Shown in pieces: positions 36,972 through 55,476 of a stretch of 64,000 nucleotides of DNA; position 1 is the first letter of the stretch; the number at the start of each line of letters is the position of its first letter. The stretch comes from Eledone cirrhosa (Eukaryota). A model generated the notes under the pieces. It ran no database searches. It saw only the letters and a program-made list of their open reading frames with translations, and was not told the DNA's origin. The stretch spans positions 83,886,001 to 83,950,000 of the forward strand of contig OZ024747.1 of assembly GCA_964016885.1 (NCBI GenBank). The letters run 5' to 3'. A program made the position numbers and the translations under genes.

Positions 36972-38162
36972 TATATACGTAATCTCTTTAACCAACATAA
37001 CCTGCATCCTCATACTTGAACAGCTCTCTATCTAAAATCTGTAATCTCTGCCTAAATGAAAAATTTACCATTATCTCTAACCTAGATTCTATAATAAATA
37101 GACGCACAGATTTGTTTTCTATCTGCCTGCATAAATTCCATAGAACTTTTCACAAAGTATACAGTTAATATTCAATTCTTTATCAATTTAGAATCTTTTC
37201 TCAAAGGCACATATACATACACCTCTTTAAAATATACCTATCTACCTTACTTTAAAGGGCATTATACACTCTATATTACTTGTTTACTCATTACCCTCAT
37301 TCTATCATAACATATACATTTGTTGTTTTGACGTTAGAATATTCATCCGCAATCATTATTATTTTTTCTCTCTATCATAAATCTTTTTAATCTCAATTTC
37401 ATCCTTAATTTATTATTTTTTTCTCCCCATCAACGAACTCATTATTAATACATATCAACTCTTTATTCGCATATATTAATTCCTTCAATATACAAACTTT
37501 AACTTCACATTATTTTTCTCAAATCCTTCTACACACAAACCTTAATAATTTTTCTCTTCGTTAATTTTGAAATTGCCACAATACATACATTTCTTTTTTT
37601 GACGTTAGAATATTCATCCACAATTATTATTTTTTTCTCTCTATCTTCATACATAATTTCCCTTCGTTAATTTTCAAATTCCTTTAATTTATACATTATC
37701 TTCCAACGGTTCCCAACCTCTCTATGTTAAAACAATATATCTTTTTCTCAGTTATAAAAACTATCTCTTTCTCTCTATCACCCATCTCTCCCTCTCCACC
37801 TTCACTCTCATCTCCTCCCCCTTTTTTCATCCTTTCCACCCCCCCTCCCTAAATAAAATATTTTTTCCTCGCACATATCCTCCCTTCGTTAATTTTCAAA
37901 ATTTTTAATTTATACATTATCTTCCAACGGTTTTCAACCTCTCTATGTAAAACAATATATCTCCTCTCAGTTATAAAAACTATCTCTTTCTCTCTATCAC
38001 CCATCTCTCCCTCTCATCTCCCTCCCTTTTCATCCTTCCCCCCCCTCTCTAAATAAAATATGTTTCCCAATATCACACATCAATCTAAAACCACTTTTCA
38101 TATGTTGATTTAAAACTGCACTATCCACAAGTGTTTTTTAGCCTTCATATCATGTTCTCCTG

Positions 38163-38229
38163 TTTTATCTGATGAAAACACAAATATTATTGCATGATGA
38201 TGTTTGTTTTTGAAATGCGCATAATAAAA
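38163..38229 (+). ncRNA. type I hammerhead ribozyme of PLE2 (inverted arm)
   Basis: Reverse complement of 34660-34726; predicted cleavage 38223|38224. Confidence 0.85.
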
Positions 38230-38355
38230 TACATGGAACTCCTTTAACCATCTTTTGATCTTATATTATGCATACTCCAGTCCTACAAACTGTAGAGTGC
38301 TTCTTATCCGATATCTGCATTGCTTTATTGTACTACAATAAAACTCACCTCCTAC

Positions 38356-39228
<873 letters not shown>

Positions 39229-39455
39229 TCTTATAGTCTTGCCAGGAGTAACTGTCTATCATGTGTTCTTATTGAAGTAACAAATAAAAACTTGACGTTA
39301 ATGAAATACTCTAACCCAGAACTGACGTACCTTTCTTAGAGTGGGGGATGGGCGTTCACCCCCTTTACCCTCATAAACGAATACTAGCATTGGTTAAAGT
39401 GTGTCACCTACTTGTCTGGGGTTATTTACACCGATGGGGTTTCTATTTAACTTTG

Positions 39456-42400
39456 CAACCCCTGCACACTATCACTCAGTATCACACACAGACACACTCA
39501 TGTTATATGTAACCCCTGCACACTATCACTCAGTATCACACACAGACACACTCACAGTTATATGTAACCCCTGCACACTATCACTGAGTATCACACACAG
39601 ACACACTCACAGTTATATGTAACCCCTGCACACTATCACTCAGTATCACACACAGACACACTCACAGTTATATGTAACCCCTGCACACTATCACTCAGTA
39701 TCACACACAGACACACTCACAGTTATATATAACCCCTGCACACTATCACTCAGTATCACACACAGACACACTCACAGTTATATGTAACCCCTGCACACTA
39801 TCACTCAGTATCACACACAGACACACTCACAGTTATATGTAACCCCTGCACACTATCACTCAGTATCACACACAGACACACTCACAGTTATATATAACCC
39901 CTGCACACTATCACTCAGTATCACACACAGACACACTCACAGTTATATATAACCCCTGCACACTATCACTCAGTATCACACAGACACACTCACAGTAATA
40001 TGCAACCCCTGCACACTATCACTCAGTATCACACAGACACACTCACAGTTATATGTAACCCCTGCACACTATCACTCAGTATCACACACAGACACACTCA
40101 CAGTTATATGTAACCCCTGCACACTATCACTCAGTATCACACACAGACACACTCACAGTTATATATAACCCCTGCACACTATCACTCAGTATCACACACA
40201 GACACACTCACAGTTATATGTAACCCCTGCACACTATCACTCAGTATCACACAGACACACTCATGTTATATGTAACCCCTGCACACTATCACTCAGTATC
40301 ACACACAGACACACTCACAGTTATATGTAACCCCTGCACACTATCACTCAGTATCACACACAGACACACTCACAGTTATATATAACCCCTGCACACTATC
40401 ACTCAGTATCACACACAGACACACTCACAGTTATATGTAACCCCTGCACACTATCACTCAGTATCACACAGACACACTCATGTTATATGTAACCCCTGCA
40501 CACTATCACTCAGTATCACACACAGACACACTCACAGTTATATGTAACCCCTGCACACTATCACTCAGTATCACACACAGACACACTCACAGTTATATAT
40601 AACCCCTGCACACTATCACTCAGTATCACACACAGACACACTCACAGTTATATGTAACCCCTGCACACTATCACTCAGTATCACACAGACACACTCACAG
40701 TTATATATAACCCCTGCACACTATCACTCAGTATCACACAGACACACTCATGTTATATGTAACCCCTGCACACTATCACTGAGTATCACACACAGACACA
40801 CTCACAGTTATATGTAACCCCTGCACACTATCACTCAGTATCACACACAGACACACTCACAGTTATATGTAACCCCTGCACACTATCACTCAGTATCACA
40901 CACAGACACACTCATGTTATATGTAACCCCTGCACACTATCACTCAGTATCACACAGACACACTCACAGTAATATGCAACCCCTGCACACTATCACTCAG
41001 TATCACACAGACACACTCACAGTTATATATAACCCCTGCACACTATCACTCAGTATCACACACAGACACACTCACAGTTATATGTAACCCCTGCACACTA
41101 TCACTCAGTATCACACACAGACACACTCACAGTTATATGTAACCCCTGCACACTATCACTCAGTATCACACACAGACACACTCATGTTATATGTAACCCC
41201 TGCACACTATCACTCAGTATGACACACAGACACACTCACAGTTATATGTAACCCCTGCACACTATCACTCAGTATCACACACAGACACACTCACAGTTAT
41301 ATGTAACCCCTGCACACTATCACTCAGTATCACACACAGACACACTCACAGTTATATGTAACCGCACACACTATCACTCAGTATCACACACAGACGCTCT
41401 CACAGTTATATGTAACCCCTGCACACTATCACTCAGTATCACACACAGACACACTCATGTTATATGTAACCCCTGCACACTATCACTCAGTATCACACGC
41501 AGACACACTCACAGTTATATGTAACCGCACACACTATCACTCAGTATCACACACAGACACACTCACAGTTATATGTAACCCCTGCACACTATCACTGAGT
41601 ATCACACACAGACACACTCACAGTTATATGTAACCCCTGCACACTATCACTCAGTATCACACACAGACACACTCACAGTTATATGTAACCGCACACACTA
41701 TCACTCAGTATCACACACAGACACTCTCACAGTTATATGTAACCCCTCACACTATCACTCAGTATCACACACAGACACACTCATGTTATATGTAACCCCT
41801 GCACACTATCACTCAGTATCACACAGACACACTCACAGTTATATGTAACCCCTGCACACTATCACTCAGTATCACACACAGACACTCTCACAGTTATATG
41901 TAACCGCACACACTATCACTCAGTATCACACACAGACACTCTCACAGTTATATGTAACCGCACACACTATCACTCAGTATCACACACAGACACTCTCACA
42001 GTTATATGTAACCCCTGCACACTATCACTCAGTATCACACAGACACACTCACAGTTATATGTAACCCCTGCACACTATCACTCAGTATCACACACAGACA
42101 CACTCACAGTTATATGTAACCCCTGCACACTATCACTCAATATCACACACAGACACACTCACAGTTATATGTAACCCCTGCACACTATCACTCAGTATCA
42201 CACACAGACACACTCACAGTTATATGTAACCCCTGCACACTATCACTCAGTATCACACACAGACACTCTCACAGTTATATGTAACCGCACACACTATCAC
42301 TCAGTATCACACAGACACACTCACAGTTATATGTAACCCCTGCACACTATCACTCAATATCACACACAGACACACTCACAGTTATATATAACCCCTGCAC

Positions 42401-45400
42401 ACTATCACTCAGTATCACACACAGACACACTCACAGTTATATGTAACCGCACACACTATCACTCAGTATCACACACAGACACACTCACAGTTATATGTAA
42501 CCCCTGCACACTATCACCCAGTATCACACACAGACACACTCACAGTTATATGTAACCCCTGCACACTATCACTCAGTATCACACACAGACACACTCACAT
42601 TTATATGTAACCCCTGCACACTATCACTCAGTATCACACACAGACACACTCACAGTTATATGTAACCCCTGCACACTATCACTCAGTATCACACACAGAC
42701 ACTCTCACAGTTATATGTAACCCCTGCACACTATCACTCAATATCACACACAGACACACTCACAGTTATATATAACCCCTGCACACTATCACTCAATATC
42801 ACACACAGACACACTCACATTTATATGTAACCCCTGCACACTATCACTCAGTATCACACACAGACACACTCACAGTTATATGTAACCCCTGCACACTATC
42901 ACTCAGTATCACACACAGACACTCTCACAGTTATATGTAACCCCTGCACACTATCACTCAGTATCACACACAGACACACTCACAGTTATATGTAACCCCT
43001 GCACACTATCACTCAGTATCACACACAGACACTCTCACAGTTATATGTAACCCCTGCACACTATCACTCAGTATCACACACAGACACTCTCACAGTTATA
43101 TGTAACCCCTGCACACTATCACTCAGTATCACACACAGACACACTCACAGTTATATGTAACCCCTGCACACTATCACTCAGTATCACACACAGACACTCT
43201 CACAGTTATATGTAACCCCTGCACACTATCACTCAATATCACACACAGACACACTCACAGTTATATATAACCCCTGCACACTATCACTCAATATCACACA
43301 CAGACACACTCACAGTTATATGTAACCCCTGCACACTATCACTCAGTATCACACAGACACACTCACAGTTATATGTAACCCCTGCACACTATCACTCAGT
43401 ATCACACAGACACACTCACAGTTATATGTAACCCCTGCACACTATCACTCAGTATCACACACAGACACACTCACATTTATATGTAACCCCTGCACACTAT
43501 CACTCAGTATCACACAGACACACTCACAGTTATATGTAACCCCTGCACACTATCACTCAGTATCACACACAGACACACTCACAGTTATATGTAACCCCTG
43601 CACACTATCACTCAGTATCACACACAGACACACTCACATTTATATGTAACCCCTGCACACTATCACTCAGTATCACACAGACACACTCACAGTTATATGT
43701 AACCCCTGCACACTATCACTCAGTATCACACACAGACACACTCACAGTTATATGTAACCCCTGCACACTATCACTCAGTATCACACACAGACACACTCAC
43801 AGTTATATGTAACCCCTGCACACTATCACTCAGTATCACACAGACACACTCACAGTTATATGTAACCCCTGCACACTATCACTCAGTATCACACAGACAC
43901 ACTCACAGTTATATGTAACCCCTGCACACTATCACTCAGTATCACACACAGACACACTCACAGTTATATGTAACCCCTGCACACTATCACTCAGTATCAC
44001 ACACAGACACACTCACAGTTATATGTAACCCCTGCACACTATCACTCAGTATCACACACAGACACACTCACAGTTATATGTAACCCCTGCACACTATCAC
44101 TCAGTATCACACACAGACACACTCACAGTTATATGTAACCCCTGCACACTATCACTCAATATCACACACAGACACACTCACAGTTATATGTAACCCCTGC
44201 ACACTATCACTCAATATCACACACAGACACACTCACAGTTATATGTAACCCCTGCACACTATCACTCAGTATCACACACAGACACACTCACAGTTATATG
44301 TAACCCCTGCACACTATCACTCAGTATCACACACAGACACACTCACATTTATATGTAACCCCTGCACACTATCACTCAGTATCACACACAGACACACTCA
44401 CATTTATATGTAACCCCTGCACACTATCACTCAGTATCACACAGACACACTCACAGTTATATGTAACCCCTGCACACTATCACTCAGTATCACACACAGA
44501 CACACTCACAGTTATATGTAACCCCTGCACACTATCACTCAGTATCACACACAGACACACTCACAGTTATATGTAACCCCTGCACACTATCACTCAGTAT
44601 CACACACAGACACACTCACAGTTATATGTAACCCCTGCACACTATCACTCAGTATCACACACAGACACACTCACATTTATATGTAACCCCTGCACACTAT
44701 CACTCAGTATCACACAGACACACTCACAGTTATATGTAACCCCTGCACACTATCACTCAGTATCACACACAGACACACTCACAGTTATATGTAACCCCTG
44801 CACACTATCACTCAGTATCACACACAGACACACTCACATTTATATGTAACCCCTGCACACTATCACTCAGTATCACACAGACACACTCACAGTTATATGT
44901 AACCCCTGCACACTATCACTCAGTATCACACAGACACACTCACAGTTATATATAACCCCTGCACACTATCACTCAGTATCACACACAGACACACTCACAT
45001 TTATATGTAACCCCTGCACACTATCACTCAGTATCACACACAGACACACTCACATTTATATGTAACCCCTGCACACTATCACTCAGTATCACACAGACAC
45101 ACTCACAGTTATATGTAACCCCTGCACACTATCACCCAGTATCACACACAGACACACTCACAGTTATATGTAACCCCTGCACACTATCACTCAATATCAC
45201 ACACAGACACACTCACATTTATATGTAACCCCTGCACACTATCACTCAGTATCACACACAGACACACTCACATTTATATGTAACCCCTGCACACTATCAC
45301 TCAGTATCACACAGACACACTCACAGTTATATGTAACCCCTGCACACTATCACTCAGTATCACACACAGACACACTCACATTTATATGTAACCCCTGCAC

Positions 45401-48400
45401 ACTATCACTCAGTATCACACACAGACACACTCACAGTTATATGTAACCCCTGCACACTATCACTCAGTATCACACACAGACACACTCACAGTTATATGTA
45501 ACCCCTGCACACTATCACTCAGTATCACACACAGACACACTCACAGTTATATGTAACCCCTGCACACTATCACTCAGTATCACACACAGACACACTCACA
45601 TTTATATGTAACCCCTGCACACTATCACTCAGTATCACACACAGACACACTCACATTTATATGTAACCCCTGCACACTATCACTCAGTATCACACAGACA
45701 CACTCACAGTTATATGTAACCCCTGCACACTATCACCCAGTATCACACACAGACACACTCACAGTTATATGTAACCCCTGCACACTATCACTCAATATCA
45801 CACACAGACACACTCACATTTATATGTAACCCCTGCACACTATCACTCAGTATCACACACAGACACACTCACATTTATATGTAACCCCTGCACACTATCA
45901 CTCAGTATCACACAGACACACTCACAGTTATATGTAACCCCTGCACACTATCACTCAGTATCACACACAGACACACTCACATTTATATGTAACCCCTGCA
46001 CACTATCACTCAGTATCACACAGACACACTCACAGTTATATGTAACCCCTGCACACTATCACTCAGTATCACACACAGACACACTCACAGTTATATGTAA
46101 CCCCTGCACACTATCACTCAGTATCACACAGACACACTCACAGTTATATGTAACCCCTGCACACTATCACTCAGTATCACACACAGACACACTCACAGTT
46201 ATATGTAACCCCTGCACACTATCACTCAGTATCACACACAGACACACTCACAGTTATATGTAACCCCTGCACACTATCACTCAGTATCACGCACAGACAC
46301 ACTCACAGTTATATGTAACCCCTGCACACTATCACTCAGTATCACACACAGACACACTCACATTTATATGTAACCCCTGCACACTATCACTCAGTATCAC
46401 ACACAGACACACTCACAGTTATATGTAACCCCTGCACACTATCACTCAGTATCACACACAGACACACTCACAGTTATATGTAACCCCTGCACACTATCAC
46501 TCAGTATCACGCACAGACACACTCACAGTTATATGTAACCCCTGCACACTATCACTCAGTATCACACACAGACACACTCACAGTTATATGTAACCCCTGC
46601 ACACTATCACTCAGTATCACGCACAGACACACTCACAGTTATATGTAACCCCTGCACACTATCACTCAGTATCACGCACAGACACACTCACAGTTATATG
46701 TAACCCCTGCACACTATCACTCAGTATCACACACAGACACACTCACAGTTATATGTAACCCCTGCACACTATCACTCAGTATCACACAGACACACTCACA
46801 GTTATATGTAACCCCTGCACACTATCACTCAGTATCACACACAGACACACTCACAGTTATATGTAACCGCACACACTATCACTCAGTATCACACACAGAC
46901 ACACTCACAGTTATATGTAACCCCTGCACACTATCACTGAGTATCACACACAGACACACTCACAGTTATATGTAACCCCTGCACACTATCACTCAGTATC
47001 ACACACAGACACACTCACAGTTATATGTAACCCCTGCACACTATCACTCAGTATCACACACAGACACACTCACAGTTATATGTAACCCCTGCACACTATC
47101 ACTCAGTATCACACACAGACACACTCACAGTTATATGTAACCTCTGCACACTATCACTCAGTATCACACACAGACACACTCACAGTTATATGTAACCTCT
47201 GCACACTATCACTCAGTATCACACACAGACACACTCACAGTTATATGTAACCCCTGCACACTATCACTCAATATCACACACAGACACACTCACAGTTATA
47301 TGTAACCGCACACACTATCACTCAGTATCACACACAGACACACTCACAGTTATATGTAACCCCTGCACACTATCACTGAGTATCACACACAGACACACTC
47401 ACAGTTATATGTAACCCCTGCACACTATCACTCAGTATCACACACAGACACACTCACAGTTATATGTAACCCCTGCACACTATCACTCAGTATCACACAC
47501 AGACACACTCACAGTTATATGTAACCCCTGCACACTATCACTCAGTATCACACACAGACACACTCACAGTTATATGTAACCTCTGCACACTATCACTCAG
47601 TATCACACACAGACACACTCACAGTTATATGTAACCTCTGCACACTATCACTCAGTATCACACACAGACACACTCACAGTTATATGTAACCCCTGCACAC
47701 TATCACTCAGTATCACACACAGACACACTCACAGTTATATGTAACCCCTGCACACTATCACTCAGTATCACACACAGACACACTCACAGTTATATGTAAC
47801 CTCTGCACACTATCACTCAGTATCACACACAGACACACTCACAGTTATATGTAACCGCACACACTATCACTCAGTATCACACACAGACACACTCACAGTT
47901 ATATGTAACCTCTGCACACTATCACTCAGTATCACACACAGACACACTCACAGTTATATGTAACCGCACACACTATCACTCAGTATCACACACAGACACA
48001 CTCACAGTTATATGTAACCCCTGCACACTATCACTCAATATCACACACAGACACACTCACAGTTATATGTAACCGCACACACTATCACTCAGTATCACAC
48101 ACAGACACACTCACAGTTATATGTAACCCCTGCACACTATCACTGAGTATCACACACAGACACACTCACAGTTATATGTAACCCCTGCACACTATCACTC
48201 AGTATCACACACAGACACACTCACAGTTATATGTAACCCCTGCACACTATCACTCAGTATCACACACAGACACACTCACAGTTATATGTAACCCCTGCAC
48301 ACTATCACTCAGTATCACACACAGACACACTCACAGTTATATGTAACCTCTGCACACTATCACTCAGTATCACACACAGACACACTCACAGTTATATGTA

Positions 48401-51400
48401 ACCTCTGCACACTATCACTCAGTATCACACACAGACACACTCACAGTTATATGTAACCCCTGCACACTATCACTCAGTATCACACACAGACACACTCACA
48501 GTTATATGTAACCCCTGCACACTATCACTGAGTATCACACACAGACACACTCACAGTTATATGTAACCTCTGCACACTATCACTCAGTATCACACACAGA
48601 CACACTCACAGTTATATGTAACCGCACACACTATCACTCAGTATCACACACAGACACACTCACAGTTATATGTAACCTCTGCACACTATCACTCAGTATC
48701 ACACACAGACACTCTCACAGTTATATGTAACCCCTGCACACTATCACTCAGTATCACACACAGACACACTCATGTTATATGTAACCCCTGCACACTATCA
48801 CTCAGTATCACACAGACACACTCACAGTTATATGTAACCTCTGCACACTATCACTCAGTATCACACACAGACACACTCACAGTTATATGTAACCCCTCAC
48901 ACTATCACTCAGTATCACACACAGACACACTCACAGTTATATGTAACCCCTGCACACTATCACTGAGTATCACACACAGACACACTCACAGTTATATGTA
49001 ACCCCTCACACTATCACTCAGTATCACACACAGACACACTCACAGTTATATGTAACCCCTGCACACTATCACTCAGTATCACACACAGACACACTCATGT
49101 TATATGTAACCCCTGCACACTATCACTCAGTATCACACAGACACACTCACAGTTATATGTAACCCCTCACACTATCACTCAGTATCACACACAGACACAC
49201 TCACAGTTATATGTAACCCCTCACACTATCACTCAGTATCACACACAGACACACTCACAGTTATATGTAACCCCTGCACACTATCACTCAGTATCACACA
49301 CAGACACTCTCACAGTTATATGTAACCCCTGCACACTATCACTCAGTATCACACACAGACACACTCACAGTTATATGTAACCCCTCACACTATCACTCAG
49401 TATCACACACAGACACACTCACAGTTATATGTAACCCCTGCACACTATCACTGAGTATCACACACAGACACACTCACAGTTATATGTAACCCCTGCACAC
49501 TATCACTCAGTATCACACACAGACACACTCACAGTTATATGTAACCCCTGCACACTATCACTCAGTATCACACACAGACACACTCACAGTTATATGTAAC
49601 CCCTCACACTATCACTCAGTATCACACACAGACACACTCACAGTTATATGTAACCGCACACACTATCACTCAGTATCACACACAGACACACTCACAGTTA
49701 TATGTAACCCCTGCACACTATCACTGAGTATCACACACAGACACACTCACAGTTATATGTAACCGCACACACTATCACTCAGTATCACACACAGACACAC
49801 TCACAGTTATATGTAACCGCACACACTATCACTCAGTATCACACACAGACACACTCACAGTTATATGTAACCCCTGCACACTATCACTCAGTATCACACA
49901 CAGACACACTCACAGTTATATGTAACCCCTGCACACTATCACTCAATATCACACACAGACACACTCACAGTTATATGTAACCCCTGCACACTATCACTCA
50001 ATATCACACACAGACACACTCACAGTTATATGTAACCCCTGCACACTATCACTCAGTATCACACACAGACACACTCACAGTTATATGTAACCCCTGCACA
50101 CTATCACTCAATATCACACACAGACACACTCACAGTTATATGTAACCCCTGCACACTATCACTCAATATCACACACAGACACACTCACAGTTATATGTAA
50201 CCCCTGCACACTATCACTGAGTATCACACACAGACACACTCACAGTTATATGTAACCGCACACACTATCACTCAGTATCACACACAGACACACTCACAGT
50301 TATATGTAACCGCACACACTATCACTCAGTATCACACACAGACACACTCACAGTTATATGTAACCCCTGCACACTATCACTCAGTATCACACACAGACAC
50401 ACTCACAGTTATATGTAACCCCTGCACACTATCACTCAATATCACACACAGACACACTCACAGTTATATGTAACCCCTGCACACTATCACTCAATATCAC
50501 ACACAGACACACTCACAGTTATATGTAACCCCTGCACACTATCACTGAGTATCACACACAGACACACTCACAGTTATATGTAACCCCTGCACACTATCAC
50601 TGAGTATCACACACAGACACACTCACAGTTATATGTAACCCCTGCACACTATCACTCAGTATCACACACAGACACTCTCACAGTTATATGTAACCCCTGC
50701 ACACTATCACTCAGTATCACACACAGACACACTCACAGTTATATGTAACCCCTGCACACTATCACTCAGTATCACACACAGACACACTCACAGTTATATG
50801 TAACCCCTGCACACTATCACTCAGTATCACACACAGACACACTCACAGTTATATGTAACCCCTGCACACTATCACTCAGTATCACACAGACACACTCACA
50901 GTTATATGTAACCCCTGCACACTATCACTCAGTATCACACACAGACACACTCACAGTTATATGTAACCCCTGCACACTATCACTCAATATCACACACAGA
51001 CACACTCACAGTTATATGTAACCCCTGCACACTATCACTCAGTATCACACAGACACACTCACAGTTATATGTAACCCCTGCACACTATCACTCAATATCA
51101 CACACAGACACACTCACAGTTATATGTAACCCCTGCACACTATCACTCAGTATCACACAGACACACTCACAGTTATATGTAACCCCTGCACACTATCACT
51201 CAGTATCACACAGACACTCTCACAGTTATATGTAACCCCTGCACACTATCACTCAGTATCACACACAGACACTCTCACAGTTATATGTAACCCCTGCACA
51301 CTATCACTCAATATCACACACAGACACACTCACAGTTATATGTAACCCCTGCACACTATCACTCAGTATCACACACAGACACACTCACAGTTATATGTAA

Positions 51401-54400
51401 CCCCTGCACACTATCACTCAATATCACACACAGACACACTCACAGTTATATGTAACCCCTGCACACTATCACTCAGTATCACACACAGACACACTCACAG
51501 TTATATATAACCGCACACACTATCACTGAGTATCACACACAGACACACTCATGTTATATGTAACCCCTGCACACTATCACTCAGTATCACACACAGACAC
51601 ACTCACAGTTATATGTAACCCCTGCACACTATCACTCAGTATCACACACAGACACACTCATGTTATATGTAACCCCTGCACACTATCACTCAGTATCACA
51701 CAGACACACTCACAGTTATATGTAACCCCTGCACACTATCACTCAGTATCACACACAGACACACTCACAGTTATATGTAACCGCACACACTATCACTCAG
51801 TATCACACACAGACACACTCACAGTTATATGTAACCCCTGCACACTATCACTCAATATCACACACAGACACACTCACAGTTATATGTAACCGCACACACT
51901 ATCACTCAGTATCACACACAGACACACTCACAGTTATATGTAACCGCACACACTATCACTCAATATCACACACAGACACACTCACAGTTATATGTAACCC
52001 CTGCACACTATCACTCAGTATCACACACAGACACACTCACAGTTATATGTAACCCCTGCACACTATCACTCAATATCACACACAGACACACTCACAGTTA
52101 TATGTAACCCCTGCACACTATCACTCAGTATCACACACAGACACACTCACAGTTATATGTAACCCCTGCACACTATCACTCAGTATCACACACAGACACA
52201 CTCACAGTTATATGTAACCGCACACACTATCACTCAGTATCACACACAGACACACTCACAGTTATATGTAACCCCTGCACACTATCACTCAATATCACAC
52301 ACAGACACACTCACAGTTATATGTAACCGCACACACTATCACTCAGTATCACACACAGACACACTCACAGTTATATGTAACCCCTGCACACTATCACTCA
52401 GTATCACACACAGACACACTCACAGTTATATGTAACCCCTGCACACTATCACTCAATATCACACACAGACACACTCACAGTTATATGTAACCCCTGCACA
52501 CTATCACTCAGTATCACACACAGACACACTCACAGTTATATGTAACCCCTGCACACTATCACTCAATATCACACACAGACACACTCACAGTTATATGTAA
52601 CCCCTGCACACTATCACTCAGTATCACACACAGACACTCTCACAGTTATATGTAACCCCTGCACACTATCACTCAGTATCACACAGACACACTCATGTTA
52701 TATGTAACCCCTGCACACTATCACTCAATATCACACACAGACACACTCACAGTTATATGTAACCCCTGCACACTATCACTCAGTATCACACACAGACACA
52801 CTCACAGTTATATGTAACCCCTGCACACTATCACTCAGTATCACACACAGACACTCTCACAGTTATATGTAACCCCTGCACACTATCACTCAGTATCACA
52901 CACAGACACTCTCACAGTTATATGTAACCCCTGCACACTATCACTCAGTATCACACACAGACACTCTCACAGTTATATGTAACCCCTGCACACTATCACT
53001 CAGTATCACACACAGACACTCTCACAGTTATATGTAACCCCTGCACACTATCACTCAGTATCACACAGACACACTCATGTTATATGTAACCCCTGCACAC
53101 TATCACTCAGTATCACACACAGACACACTCACAGTTATATGTAACCCCTGCACACTATCACTCAGTATCACACACAGACACACTCATGTTATATGTAACC
53201 CCTGCACACTATCACTCAATATCACACACAGACACACTCACAGTTATATGTAACCCCTGCACACTATCACTCAGTATCACACACAGACACACTCACAGTT
53301 ATATGTAACCCCTGCACACTATCACTCAGTATCACACACAGACACACTCACAGTTATATGTAACCCCTGCACACTATCACTCAGTATCACACACAGACAC
53401 TCTCACAGTTATATGTAACCCCTGCACACTATCACTCAGTATCACACACAGACACTCTCACAGTTATATATAACCCCTGCACACTATCACTCAGTATCAC
53501 ACACAGACACACTCACAGTTATATGTAACCCCTGCACACTATCACTCAGTATCACACACAGACACACTCATGTTATATGTAACCCCTGCACACTATCACT
53601 CAGTATCACACAGACACACTCACAGTTATATGTAACCCCTGCACACTATCACTCAGTATCACACACAGACACACTCACAGTTATATATAACCCCTGCACA
53701 CTATCACTCAGTATCACACACAGACACTCTCACAGTTATATGTAACCCCTGCACACTATCACTCAGTATCACACAGACACACTCATGTTATATGTAACCC
53801 CTGCACACTATCACTCAATATCACACACAGACACACTCACAGTTATATGTAACCCCTGCACACTATCACTCAGTATCACACACAGACACACTCACAGTTA
53901 TATGTAACCCCTGCACACTATCACTCAGTATCACACACAGACACACTCACAGTTATATGTAACCGCACACACTATCACTCAGTATCACACAGACACACTC
54001 ACAGTTATATGTAACCCCTGCACACTATCACTCAGTATCACACACAGACACACTCACAGTTATATGTAACCGCACACACTATCACTCAGTATCACACAGA
54101 CACACTCACAGTTATATGTAACCCCTGCACACTATCACTCAGTATCACACACAGACACACTCACAGTTATATGTAACCCCTGCACACTATCACTCAGTAT
54201 CACACACAGACACACTCACAGTTATATGTAACCCCTGCACACTATCACTCAGTATCACACAGACACACTCACAGTTATATGTAACCCCTGCACACTATCA
54301 CTCAGTATCACACAGACACACTCATGTTATATGTAACCCCTGCACACTATCACTCAGTATCACACACAGACACACTCACAGTTATATGTAACCCCTGCAC

Positions 54401-54710
54401 ACTATCACTCAGTATCACACACAGACACACTCACAGTTATATGTAACCGCACACACTATCACTTAGTATCACACACAGACACACTCACAGTTATATGTAA
54501 CCCCTGCACACTATCACTCAGTATCACACACAGACACACTCACAGTTATATGTAACCGCACACACTATCACTTAGTATCACACACAGACACACTCACAGT
54601 TATATGTAACCCCTGCACACTATCACTCAGTATCACACACAGACACACTCACAGTTATATGTAACCCCTGCACACTATCAATCAGTATCACACACAGACA
54701 GACAGACAGT
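39456..54710. repeat. 55-bp satellite array, about 15.2 kb (about 280 monomers)
   Basis: Unit aacccctgcacactatcactcagtatcacacacagacacactcacagttatatgt, period 55 with 53-bp deletion variants. Confidence 0.98.
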
Positions 54711-54880
54711 GGCAGAGAAACAAACACACACACACGTCCACGTGTGTTGATATACCGAGGGTGCTACACTATGGTATTGAGCATTATAGCTTACGTAAAT
54801 TGAAACGAAGTTATATAAAACTAAATAACACATTTTCAAGAGACAGATTGTTTTGTTAGTAAATATTGTTGGATAAGAGA

Positions 54881-54924
<44 letters not shown>

Positions 54925-54928
<4 letters not shown>

Positions 54929-55087
54929 TAAAGTGGTCCTTCATCAGTGATCTTCCAACCATCATCGGTATTTCTTCGCTTTAAAGACGATATACCTCCG
55001 GTTGGTGCGAGCAACGGCTAAAGAAAGTCGTTGGGACATGTAAATAAAGGGAACAGCGAGAGTGTAAACAAACAAAGATGGTGATAC
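54925..55087 (-). mobile_element. copy of the 17907-18452 family 3' part
   Basis: Collinear with about 18290-18452, ends at the same 'ttattcata(ta)n' point. Confidence 0.8.
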
Positions 55088-55096
55088 AGAGAGAGA

Positions 55097-55178
<82 letters not shown>

Positions 55179-55254
55179 ATGTGTATTGGGATCATATCGT
55201 AAATATAACCCTCATTATATCTATATCTGTATCTTAATATATATATATAATTAT

Positions 55255-55322
<68 letters not shown>

Positions 55323-55426
55323 TATATGCATATATATATGTATATATATGCATATATATGTATATATATGCACATATATATGTATATATATATATGCATA
55401 TATATGCATATATATATTTGTATATA

Positions 55427-55476
<50 letters not shown>

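Larger units (their letters stand above)
34620..38355 (-). mobile_element. second Hydra-clade PLE, 5'-truncated with inverted arm
   Basis: 34620-35889 is the near-identical reverse complement of 37002-38269; HHR in each arm; TA tracts on both sides. Confidence 0.9.

Noticed and set aside
39456-54710. CRISPR-like or coding array
   Set aside because: Head-to-tail repeats without unique spacers, no cas genes, and frequent stops on translation
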